Below, piece by piece: positions 15,650-24,185 of a stretch of 61,249 nucleotides of DNA. The DNA lies in contig JAWDMK010000001.1 in the NCBI GenBank assembly GCA_046536675.1, forward strand, positions 1-61,249. Reading direction: 5' to 3'. This stretch comes from Candidatus Micrarchaeota archaeon (GTDB lineage Archaea; Micrarchaeota; Micrarchaeia; Micrarchaeales; CABMGC01). Below the pieces are notes generated by a model. That model was not told the origin of the DNA. It worked only from the letters and a program-made list of their open reading frames with translations, and did no database searches. Position 1 is the first letter of the stretch; each line of letters starts with the position of its first letter. Both the position numbers and the translations under genes were made by a program.

Positions 15650-16732
15650 ATGGATGTTGATGAAAAAATTAAAGTGATAAAAAGCTTCGCAGCTGAAATA
15701 GTTACAGAAGATGAGCTTAGATCACTTTTTGAAACAAACGAGCACCCGATCGCATATGATGGCTTTGAACCATCTGGCCTTGCTGGCATACATTTTGGCT
15801 TAATGCGTGCAAAAAACCTCAAAAAGATGCTTAGCATAGGGATAAAGTTCAAGCTTTACATAGCTGATTATTTTGCGATGATAAACAACAAGCTAGGTGG
15901 AGACCTAGAAAAAATAAAGAAAGCAGGTAAGTATTTTACATATGTGTGGAAGGCTGCGGGCATAGATCTTAGCAAGGTAGATGTAGTTTGGAACAGCGAG
16001 CTCATGAATGATTTTTCATATTGGGATAGATATATAAGAATAGGCAGGCTCTTCTCTATAGATAGGGTAAAAAGGGCTGTAACGATAATGGGTAGAAAAG
16101 AGGGTGAAAGCCTATCTGTTGCGCAACTTTTTTACCCGATTATGCAGGCCACAGACATATTTCAGATGAACATTGATATATGCCAGCTCGGAATAGACCA
16201 GAGAAAGGCTAATATTATAGCGAGAGAGGCTGCACAGAAGATGAATTGGAAGGTGCCAGTTATAGTAAGCCACCCGCTTCTTTTAAGTCTAAAAGGTATG
16301 CCACCAAATCTAAAAGGTGCAAGCGAAGATGTACTTATAAGTTACAAAATGTCTAAGTCAGACCCAAAGAATGCGATCTTCGTTCATGATAGCTATGAAG
16401 AAATAAAGAAAAAGATTGAGAGCGCCTACTGTCCTGAAAAAATAATAGATGGTAACCCAATGTTTGATTATCTTGAAAAGATTATAATCGATGATAAGAC
16501 AAAGCCTATAGTTATACCTAGGCCGGCAAAGTTTGGTGGCGACCTTGAACTCGATAATTATGACCAGCTAATTATCGCTTATAGGGAAGGCAAGCTACAT
16601 CCAGCAGACCTGAAGAACTTTGTTGCAAATGAGCTTGAGAAGCAGATAAAACCGATAAGGGAATTTTTTGAAAAGAACAGAGAAGCAAAAGAGCTATATG
16701 AAGAGGTTAAAGGCTACGCAATAACAAGATAA
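15650..16732 (+). CDS. tyrS: Tyrosyl-tRNA synthetase (archaeal type)
   Basis: YDGFEPSG...IH.G, YPIMQATD, KMSKS (KMSKSDP), AYCP and KFGGDL are closely parallel to archaeal TyrRS. Confidence 0.88.
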   Translation: MDVDEKIKVIKSFAAEIVTEDELRSLFETNEHPIAYDGFEPSGLAGIHFGLMRAKNLKKMLSIGIKFKLYIADYFAMINNKLGGDLEKIKKAGKYFTYVWKAAGIDLSKVDVVWNSELMNDFSYWDRYIRIGRLFSIDRVKRAVTIMGRKEGESLSVAQLFYPIMQATDIFQMNIDICQLGIDQRKANIIAREAAQKMNWKVPVIVSHPLLLSLKGMPPNLKGASEDVLISYKMSKSDPKNAIFVHDSYEEIKKKIESAYCPEKIIDGNPMFDYLEKIIIDDKTKPIVIPRPAKFGGDLELDNYDQLIIAYREGKLHPADLKNFVANELEKQIKPIREFFEKNREAKELYEEVKGYAITR

Positions 16733-16747
16733 ATTTGGCAGGTATAA

Positions 16748-17626
16748 ATGTATTATATAGTTGCAAAAAATGTATCCAAGTATTTTTCTAATACAAAAGC
16801 GGTAGAGAATATAAGTTTCTCGCTAAAAGAAGGCGAAAGGTTAATACTACTTGGGCCAAACGGTGCTGGCAAGAGCACCCTACTTAGATTGCTCTCAGGG
16901 CTATTAAGGCCAGATACAGGCTATATAGAGATTTTAGGCAATAAAACGGTACCTTACAATAGCGAGATAAATAGATATGTTTCCTTCTTAGGAGAAAACT
17001 ATGCTCTTTACGATAACCTTAGCGTAATTGACAACCTTATTTTCTTTGGAACGCTTTATGATATTGAAAAGGAAGAGATTATTGAAAGAGCTAAGGAGAT
17101 ACTTTCAAGATTAGATGCAATCGAGTTTATTAATAGAAAGGTTGGAGAGCTAAGCAGGGGAACAAAGCAGAAGATCGCAATATGTAGGGCATTATTAAAC
17201 AAGCCAAAGGTCCTGCTTCTTGACGAACCAACAGCATTCTTAGATCCGCATGCCACAGATGAGTTGCATAGTGTAATAGAAGAAGCAGATGCTACAATAG
17301 TTTATGCCACTCAAAGATTTGATGAGTTGCACAAGATGAAAGGTAAGATAATGCTTCTTGATCATGGCAGAAAGAAAGCTTATGGCTCGCTTGAGCAGAT
17401 TCTTTCATCTATAAAAGACATAAACGTCGAGATATACCTTTTAAATGAAAAGAAGCTCTTGCTTAGAAGATGGAACTTTATACAGAAGAGGAATAAAATA
17501 AATGCAAAGCTCAAAAGTGCTAGCGAGATACCAGAGCTTATTGAAGATATAGTAAAGGAAGGTGGAAAGATATTAAGCGTAAGTTATCTCAGGGAAAGTA
17601 TAAGCAACGAATGGGTGGTAAAATAA
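16748..17626 (+). CDS. ABC transporter ATP-binding protein (ABC-2 type)
   Basis: Walker A GPNGAGKST, signature LSRGTKQK, Walker B LLLDEP. Confidence 0.85.
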   Translation: MYYIVAKNVSKYFSNTKAVENISFSLKEGERLILLGPNGAGKSTLLRLLSGLLRPDTGYIEILGNKTVPYNSEINRYVSFLGENYALYDNLSVIDNLIFFGTLYDIEKEEIIERAKEILSRLDAIEFINRKVGELSRGTKQKIAICRALLNKPKVLLLDEPTAFLDPHATDELHSVIEEADATIVYATQRFDELHKMKGKIMLLDHGRKKAYGSLEQILSSIKDINVEIYLLNEKKLLLRRWNFIQKRNKINAKLKSASEIPELIEDIVKEGGKILSVSYLRESISNEWVVK

Positions 17627-18399
17627 ACTGGAATAAGATATGGGCTATAAGTATGAAGGACATGAAAGAAGCGTTTAGCAGCCTCTCAATCTCAGGGCCT
17701 ATGATAGGCATACCTATCTTCTTTGCTGTGTTGCTCCCGCTCTTCACATTTTATATTGCAAGGTATGCTGGTAGTACCATAATACCACAGATAGCTGGAA
17801 TTTCTGTTCCGCAATCATTTGGAAATCTTTATTTCATTGAATTCTTTTCTATAAATATTCTTGGACCTATTTTCATGACAATGCCGATAATAACCGCATC
17901 GGTTCTTGCGGCAGACAGTTTTGCTGGAGAAAAAGAGAGAAAGACTGCAGAGGCTCTGCTCGCCACACCTACAACAAACACAGAACTGCTGATAGGCAAG
18001 ATATTTGCTTCGCTTATACCTGCGGTTCTACTTACAATTGCAGTATTTATAATATATGCCTCGATAACCGATTATCTCTCACTAAGCTCTTTCGGAATAG
18101 CTATATTTCCAAATATTGCTTGGTATATGATGCTCCTCAACTCACCATTTCTTGCACTCACAACCATTGGGCTTGTAGTTCTGATTTCGACAAAGGTTAG
18201 GGGAATAAAAGAGGCGCAACAGATAAGCACCCTTCTTATATTACCACTGCTTGTAATACCATTTGCCTCTATCTTCAACCTTGCCAAACTAAACCTACAG
18301 TTCTTTATTATTCTACTCATTGTGCTCTTAATAACGAGCTCTGCTGTTTTATATTTAAGTGAAAAGTTCTTTGACAGAGAAAGATTTATATTATCTTGA
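17611..18399 (+). CDS. ABC-2 type transporter permease
   Basis: 262 aa with about 6 TM helices. It overlaps the ATPase gene by 16 nt, which suggests translational coupling. Confidence 0.6.
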   Translation: MGGKINWNKIWAISMKDMKEAFSSLSISGPMIGIPIFFAVLLPLFTFYIARYAGSTIIPQIAGISVPQSFGNLYFIEFFSINILGPIFMTMPIITASVLAADSFAGEKERKTAEALLATPTTNTELLIGKIFASLIPAVLLTIAVFIIYASITDYLSLSSFGIAIFPNIAWYMMLLNSPFLALTTIGLVVLISTKVRGIKEAQQISTLLILPLLVIPFASIFNLAKLNLQFFIILLIVLLITSSAVLYLSEKFFDRERFILS

Positions 18400-18420
18400 T
18401 ATATATTTAAGTGTGGTTTT

Positions 18421-18723
18421 ATGTCTTCGATCTTAGGATATACTCTGATTGCTTTGGGAATAATATTATTACTTGTAACTTTCTTCATCGGATACGGCTT
18501 ATATGCAAGCTTGAATTCAGAAAGTTATGCTCCTTTGCCAAATCAGCCTAGCATAAATGGTTCTATCTCTACTCTAACAAGCACTCTTGCCACCACTGCA
18601 AAAGAAACAGGCTTTATCTTCTTACAAATAGTTATTCTATTTCTTTTTGCTAGCATAGGCTATAAATTTGCAGATCTTGGCATAAAACTCATCAAAGAAA
18701 GCAAGAACAAAGAAGAGAAATGA
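18421..18723 (+). CDS. Small membrane protein, unknown function
   Basis: 100 aa with two TM helices flanking an S/T-rich loop. It follows the ABC permease on the same strand. Confidence 0.35.
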   Translation: MSSILGYTLIALGIILLLVTFFIGYGLYASLNSESYAPLPNQPSINGSISTLTSTLATTAKETGFIFLQIVILFLFASIGYKFADLGIKLIKESKNKEEK

Positions 18724-19065
18724 TTAGCTAATACCTATCAGTGCTGTGCCAACTGCTATAGTTATTATTCCGACCCATCTAAATGCTGAAATCGGCTCGA
18801 TAAGCATTGCAAGCAGACTTGCAAAAATATATGAAAGACCACCGAAGCTGTAAACCCAGCTTAGGTTCGCCCTGCTAAGTGCAAAAAAATAGAATGCGGT
18901 AGAAATAAGGTAAGAGACAATGCCAAAAAATATAAGCACAACAAAAATTATATGGCTATGACTGCTTAGCCCTAGTTTGAAAAGAAATTGACCGAAGCCA
19001 CCAAGGAAAGTACTTGCCACAAGAATCATTGCAATAATCGCTTTTCTTGTTTGTTGTTGTTCCAT
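18724..19065 (-). CDS. Half-size EamA/DMT-superfamily membrane protein (single 4-TM domain)
   Basis: 113 aa with 4 TM helices and a C-terminal ....G..LI motif typical of an EamA domain. Confidence 0.55.
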   Translation of the reverse strand: MEQQQTRKAIIAMILVASTFLGGFGQFLFKLGLSSHSHIIFVVLIFFGIVSYLISTAFYFFALSRANLSWVYSFGGLSYIFASLLAMLIEPISAFRWVGIITIAVGTALIGIS

Positions 19066-19072
19066 AACACCA

Positions 19073-19432
19073 CTAGAATGTCATTGCAACTATTGCTATT
19101 CCAAGCACCACAAGCAGTACACCTATTATTCTTACAGGGCCGATCTTTTCGCCAAGGCCGAATTTTGAAAATAAAAGCACAAATATAAATGAGCTTGCAA
19201 AGGTTGGATAAACAAAAGAGAGTGCACCGTTGTCAAGAGCGAAGAGATAAATTGGCAGTGCAATGAAATACATAAAGGCGCCAAATACTATCCATTTATT
19301 TTTAAATACGCGGATTAGTTCTCTTACGTTTGCCTTGAATCTTGGAAGGTTTTTCTTGAAGATATACTGGGCTATTGATGCAATAAATGCAGATAGAACT
19401 GTAATTCCTATTATTAACAGAGCACTATACAT
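19073..19432 (-). CDS. Half-size EamA/DMT-superfamily membrane protein (single 4-TM domain), partner of 18724-19065
   Basis: 119 aa with 4 TM helices, lying 7 nt upstream of its paralog on the same strand. Confidence 0.55.
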   Translation of the reverse strand: MYSALLIIGITVLSAFIASIAQYIFKKNLPRFKANVRELIRVFKNKWIVFGAFMYFIALPIYLFALDNGALSFVYPTFASSFIFVLLFSKFGLGEKIGPVRIIGVLLVVLGIAIVAMTF

Positions 19433-19498
19433 AAAACTACCAAACGGTATAGATATAATAGGATATGATATTTAAATATAAACGTAGATTTAAAGAAT

Positions 19499-19732
19499 GT
19501 GGTCTTGATGGAACCAACATACGATGAGAAACATTTGTTCTATCTTGCAACAGCGGTGATAGTACTTACTATCCTCGCAATAATAGTATTTATATATTCA
19601 GGCGGCAGCTATATTTTCTATGCAGTAGCACTAATAACAATCGTAATTGGATTCTACATGTCATACTATGGTTCTAAGATTAGTGCTGCAGGAACAAAGC
19701 CAAAGCAAAAACAGAAAAAGAAAGGTAAGTAA
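19499..19732 (+). CDS. Small two-TM protein with a lysine-rich tail, unknown function
   Basis: 77 aa. GTG start in the track, with an in-frame ATG at 19508. Confidence 0.3.
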   Translation: MVLMEPTYDEKHLFYLATAVIVLTILAIIVFIYSGGSYIFYAVALITIVIGFYMSYYGSKISAAGTKPKQKQKKKGK

Positions 19733-19741
19733 ACTGGTTTG

Positions 19742-21844
19742 ATGAACAAGTTAATTATAGCTGAAAAACCAAGCGTAGCCTTAAGGCTAGCGAGCTCTTT
19801 AGCAGAGGGAGAGTATAAAAGGTATTCGTTTGGTGGAATAAGTTATTATGAGTTAAGGAATGGAAGCGATATCTTATATGTTGTTGCTGCAGCAGGCCAT
19901 TTATTTACAATAAGGCAGAAGGAAGGAAGTAAAGGTTTCCCTATTTTTGATGTAGAGTGGGTCCCATCATACTTGGCTAATCGAAAGGCCTATTTTACGA
20001 AAAAGTACCTTGACACTATAGTAGAGATAGGTAGAAGGTGCAACCTTTTCATAAATGCCTGTGACTACGATATAGAAGGCACAGTAATAGGAACAAATAT
20101 TATTAGGTTTATAACGCATGGCAATGTGAATAGCAATGTTGAGAAGAGCGTTGCACTCAGAATGAAGTTTTCTACAACAACAAAAGAGGATTTAGTAAAT
20201 GCATATAAAAACATAAATCCTTTTGATGAAAACAACTTCAACGCTGGGGAAACAAGGCACATTATAGACTGGATGTGGGGCATAAACATGAGTAGGGCGC
20301 TTATGCGCTCTCTATATGCAAACGGTGTAAAGAAGACTGTGAGCATAGGAAGAGTTCAAGGACCTACACTTGCAATACTCGCAAAAAGGGAGATGGAGAT
20401 AAATGCCTTTACACCTAAGCCCTACTGGAAGGTATATATTACAGCAAAAGGTATTGAATTTGAGAATACAAAAGGAGATATTTTTGACAAAAGGGTCGCT
20501 GATGAAGTACTTGAAAGAAGCAGGGTAAAAGAAGCGCTTGTCAAAAAAGTAGATAGCAAAGAGGTCTTGGAAAGGCCGCTTCCGCCTTTCGATTTAACGA
20601 CACTCCAGCTTGAAGCCAGTAGAGTATTTAATATAGATCCTTCTAGAACACTCGCAATAGCTCAGTCTCTTTATGAAAGGGCTTATATTTCTTATCCAAG
20701 AACATCATCGCAGAAGCTGCCTTATTCGCTTAATCTGCCAAGGATAATATCAGAACTCAGCAAAAACAGCAAGTATAGCGAGCTTGCAAGTAGCTTAATC
20801 AAAGAGAAGCGCTTTAAGCCTGCTGAGGGAAAGAAAGAGGACGAAGCACATCCAGCAATCTTTCCTACAGGTATAATACCAAAAAGCTTGGAAGATGATG
20901 AAGAAAAGATATATGATCTTATTGTTAAGAGATTTCTTGCCTGCTTTGCAGATTATGCTACGATAGAAAAAACAGAAGTAATATTAGATGTCAATGGTGA
21001 GCTCTATAGAGCTAATGGTGAAGTAATAAAGAAAGAGGGCTGGCTAAGATTTTATGCCCCGTACATTGAGGCCAAAAACAAGGCTATGCCAGAGTTAAAT
21101 GAAGGTGAAAAGATAAAGATAGACCGGGTTTTTGAAAAAGAACTGAAAACAACGCCGCCAAAAAGATTCACAAAGGCAAGTCTGATAAGTTTATTGGAAA
21201 AGAAAAACTTAGGCACAAAAGCAACAAGAGCCGAGATTATAGACACACTCTTCAAGAGAAATTATATAGAAGGGAGCAGCATAAAGGTAACTGATTTTGG
21301 AATGAGCGTATATAATGCACTTAAGGAGAATTGCAAGGAGATTCTAGATGAAGCGCTAACAAGAAAATTAGAAGAGGATATGAATAATATCATGCGTGGA
21401 AAAGCAAGAAAAGAAGATGTTATAGATGAGGGTAAAAAGATAATAGAAAGGATAATTAGCGAATTTAAAAGCAAAGAAGAAGCAATAGGCAAGAGCCTTA
21501 AAGAAGGCTTACAGGAAACCTCGAAAGGAGAGGTATTGGGAAAGTGCAAATGCGGTGGAGATTTAATAATTAAGCATTCTAAAAACGGCAAGAGCTTCGT
21601 TGGCTGCACAAACTGGCCTCAGTGCAATGTGACATATCCGCTGCCACAATCTGCAAAGGTTTTGCCAACGGGAAAGATATGCCCTTATTGCCATACACCA
21701 ATAGTTAAAATATTCAGGAGGGGAAAGAGTGTTTTTGAGATGTGCTTAGATCCAACATGTCCAACTAAAAAAGATTGGAATAAAAATGAAGAAAAAATAA
21801 ATGAAAAGGTAAACAAGAGGGCAAAGGTAAAAAGCAAAAAATAA
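19742..21844 (+). CDS. topA: DNA topoisomerase, type IA (archaeal TopA/Topo III-like) with C-terminal zinc ribbons
   Basis: TOPRIM start LIIAEKPS, the active-site tyrosine motif ISYPRTSS, and C-terminal CKCGG...CTNWPQC and CPYC...C..PTC fingers. The first ATG is at 19742; the track uses TTG 19739. Confidence 0.9.
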   Translation: MNKLIIAEKPSVALRLASSLAEGEYKRYSFGGISYYELRNGSDILYVVAAAGHLFTIRQKEGSKGFPIFDVEWVPSYLANRKAYFTKKYLDTIVEIGRRCNLFINACDYDIEGTVIGTNIIRFITHGNVNSNVEKSVALRMKFSTTTKEDLVNAYKNINPFDENNFNAGETRHIIDWMWGINMSRALMRSLYANGVKKTVSIGRVQGPTLAILAKREMEINAFTPKPYWKVYITAKGIEFENTKGDIFDKRVADEVLERSRVKEALVKKVDSKEVLERPLPPFDLTTLQLEASRVFNIDPSRTLAIAQSLYERAYISYPRTSSQKLPYSLNLPRIISELSKNSKYSELASSLIKEKRFKPAEGKKEDEAHPAIFPTGIIPKSLEDDEEKIYDLIVKRFLACFADYATIEKTEVILDVNGELYRANGEVIKKEGWLRFYAPYIEAKNKAMPELNEGEKIKIDRVFEKELKTTPPKRFTKASLISLLEKKNLGTKATRAEIIDTLFKRNYIEGSSIKVTDFGMSVYNALKENCKEILDEALTRKLEEDMNNIMRGKARKEDVIDEGKKIIERIISEFKSKEEAIGKSLKEGLQETSKGEVLGKCKCGGDLIIKHSKNGKSFVGCTNWPQCNVTYPLPQSAKVLPTGKICPYCHTPIVKIFRRGKSVFEMCLDPTCPTKKDWNKNEEKINEKVNKRAKVKSKK

Positions 21845-21852
21845 GTGATAAA

Positions 21853-22425
21853 ATGTTCATATATCCGCACATCTACAGGAAGCTTAAAAGGGGGCCACAG
21901 GTTATGCTCCCAAAGGATATAGGCATTTTGCTTGCATACACATGCGTAGACAAAGAAAGCATATGCATCGATGCTGGTACTGGAAGTGGTTGGCTCACTG
22001 TAGCTCTTGCTCGAATAGCAAAGCATGTGTATTCATATGATATCAGAGAGGATTTTATCAAAATAGGAGAAAAGAATGCGGAGATGCTTGGCTTAAAAAA
22101 TATAACATTTAGGAATGCAGATATAACAAAGAGGATATATGAAAAAGATGTTGATATAGTAACGTTAGACATGCCTAATCCTGAAAAAGCACTAAGAAAT
22201 GTCAAAAAGGCTTTGAAGCCAGGCGGCTATGTGGTAAGCTTTTTGCCACATACAGAACAAGTAAGCAAATATGTGAAAAAGCTAAACATACTAAAGTTCA
22301 GCGAGATACACGTTGTAGAGGTGATTTTGAGGGATTATCTTGTAAGGGAAGAAGGAATGAGGCCGACAAACAAAGGTATATGGCACACAGGATATCTAAC
22401 ATTTGCAAGGAAGCCATCTGTTTAG
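21853..22425 (+). CDS. trmI: tRNA (adenine-N1)-methyltransferase, TrmI/Gcd14 family (catalytic domain only)
   Basis: RGPQVMLPKD, SAM motif I DAGTGSGWLT, SYDIRED, LDMPNP, LKPGG, and a C-terminal HTGYLTFARK. Confidence 0.7.
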   Translation: MFIYPHIYRKLKRGPQVMLPKDIGILLAYTCVDKESICIDAGTGSGWLTVALARIAKHVYSYDIREDFIKIGEKNAEMLGLKNITFRNADITKRIYEKDVDIVTLDMPNPEKALRNVKKALKPGGYVVSFLPHTEQVSKYVKKLNILKFSEIHVVEVILRDYLVREEGMRPTNKGIWHTGYLTFARKPSV

Positions 22426-22464
22426 CTTGTTTAGCTTCCCAGCTGCTCATTATCATAAGACGCT

Positions 22465-23427
22465 TTACCTTTTTGATGTTAATGCGATATTTGCAAGCAT
22501 AGCCTCTAACTGTATTCTTTCATTTGCCCCTTCAACTATTCTAAAATTGCATTCGCCAATCTTATCCATTATCTCAAGCTTTGCTTTATCGTCGATCTGC
22601 ATGTTTGGTACTTCTCTATAGCACTGCATCAATATATCCTCACCACTCATACCATATACAAAGACAAGCTTGTTAAGCTCCTCTCTTGCTTTGACAAAAT
22701 CACCGCTCAAAGCATATCTAAGCATAGAAACTATTTCCTTTGGCCTTGCCCTCGCTGCTATATCGTATATACTCTTTTCTGTTATCTTCTTGTCCAATAT
22801 GGCTGCACTTTGTAGTATATTCGTTAGTTTTCTTAAGTCGCCTTCACTAACATATATCAATGCTTCTATAGCTTTTTCATCTATCTCTAATGATTCGCCC
22901 TTTGCTATCCTTTCTATAAATTTCTTCATCTCATCTACATTAAGAGGCTTGAACCTAAGAACAACACACCTACTCTGTATAGGTTCTATTATCTTGCTAG
23001 CATAATTTGCACTAAGTATAAACCTTGTTGTAGAAGCATATTTTTCCATTGTTCTCCTAAGCGCATGCTGTGCCTCTGGTGTAAGTGCATCTGCCTCATC
23101 AAGAAATATTATCTTTACAAGCCCCTCTTCCAAAGGCAATGTTTTTGCAAACTCCTTCACCTTGCCTCTTATTACATCTATTCCCCTCGTATCGCTTGCA
23201 TTTAGCTCTAGAAATGCTTCATTTATCTTATCACCATAGAGCTCTCTAGCCATAGCAATGGCACTTGTTGTTTTTCCGACACCTGCAGGTCCTGCAAAAA
23301 TCATGTTTGGAAAGTTTTTTGTCTTTACAAACGCCTTCAGCCTTTCCACTATTGCGGTTTGGCCTATAACCTCGCTTAGCTTTGAAGGCCTATATTTTTC
23401 TGTCCAAGATAAATCCAGAACCCCCAT
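22465..23427 (-). CDS. rfcS: Replication factor C small subunit
   Basis: WTEKYRP, Walker A GPAGVGKTT, DEAD box LDEADALT, and the SRC motif QSRCVVLRF. No intein. Confidence 0.92.
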   Translation of the reverse strand: MGVLDLSWTEKYRPSKLSEVIGQTAIVERLKAFVKTKNFPNMIFAGPAGVGKTTSAIAMARELYGDKINEAFLELNASDTRGIDVIRGKVKEFAKTLPLEEGLVKIIFLDEADALTPEAQHALRRTMEKYASTTRFILSANYASKIIEPIQSRCVVLRFKPLNVDEMKKFIERIAKGESLEIDEKAIEALIYVSEGDLRKLTNILQSAAILDKKITEKSIYDIAARARPKEIVSMLRYALSGDFVKAREELNKLVFVYGMSGEDILMQCYREVPNMQIDDKAKLEIMDKIGECNFRIVEGANERIQLEAMLANIALTSKR

Positions 23428-23466
23428 TTAATCAGAAAATATTATTAGCTTACAAAATATAAATAT

Positions 23467-24102
23467 TTAAGCAAGCACATCATATGCCTCTGCTATTCCT
23501 CTCAGAACTATATAAATTACAAGTATTGCTACGAGTACAAGCCCTACCCAAAGAGGATAATTTGATACATACACTAGCACTAAGTATGCGAATGCGAAGA
23601 ATTTAACAACATTAATGCCTCCTCTTCCAATGTTCGAAGAATATATAATCCTTGCAAACTTGGTTCTTGGCTTTGAGGATGTTCCTCTTGAAGCCATAAG
23701 AGCATCAACAAACGCATGCCTAAAAATTACTATAAATACAACAAAAAGAGGGATAAGCCTTAAGTAGGTAAAGACTATCCAAAATGTGTATTCAATTACT
23801 CTGTCTCCAGCTATGTCTATTCTTGGCCCAAACCTGGATTCTCTTTTTGCTATCTGCTTGAAATGCGCTATTTTCTCCTTTTCTTTTTCGTCTTTTGAAA
23901 GAGCGGCTTTCAAGTAAGAAGAAAAACTTATGGCGCCTCTGCTTGCACTCCTTATTGCTAGATAGCCATCCAACCCATCAAGTAGATACATTATAAGTAT
24001 AACAAATATTGTAACCCATGGGTTAATCTTCAGAAGAAGCATATAAACTACTAAAAAAACCATGAATGTTCTTATGAGCGTAGCTGCATCTGCGCTTCGC
24101 AT
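23467..24102 (-). CDS. CDP-alcohol phosphatidyltransferase family protein (lipid head-group transferase)
   Basis: DGLDGYLAIR ... GPRIDIAGD corresponds to D-G-x2-A-R...G-x3-D-x3-D, and the protein has about 6 TM helices. The spacer inside the motif is unusually long; see findings. Confidence 0.7.
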   Translation of the reverse strand: MRSADAATLIRTFMVFLVVYMLLLKINPWVTIFVILIMYLLDGLDGYLAIRSASRGAISFSSYLKAALSKDEKEKEKIAHFKQIAKRESRFGPRIDIAGDRVIEYTFWIVFTYLRLIPLFVVFIVIFRHAFVDALMASRGTSSKPRTKFARIIYSSNIGRGGINVVKFFAFAYLVLVYVSNYPLWVGLVLVAILVIYIVLRGIAEAYDVLA

Positions 24103-24185
24103 TAAACCACAAATAAATTTAAAACAGAAAGATTTAATATTTGATTACTAAATCCTATCTATAATAATCCTTTAGCCTTGATTTT

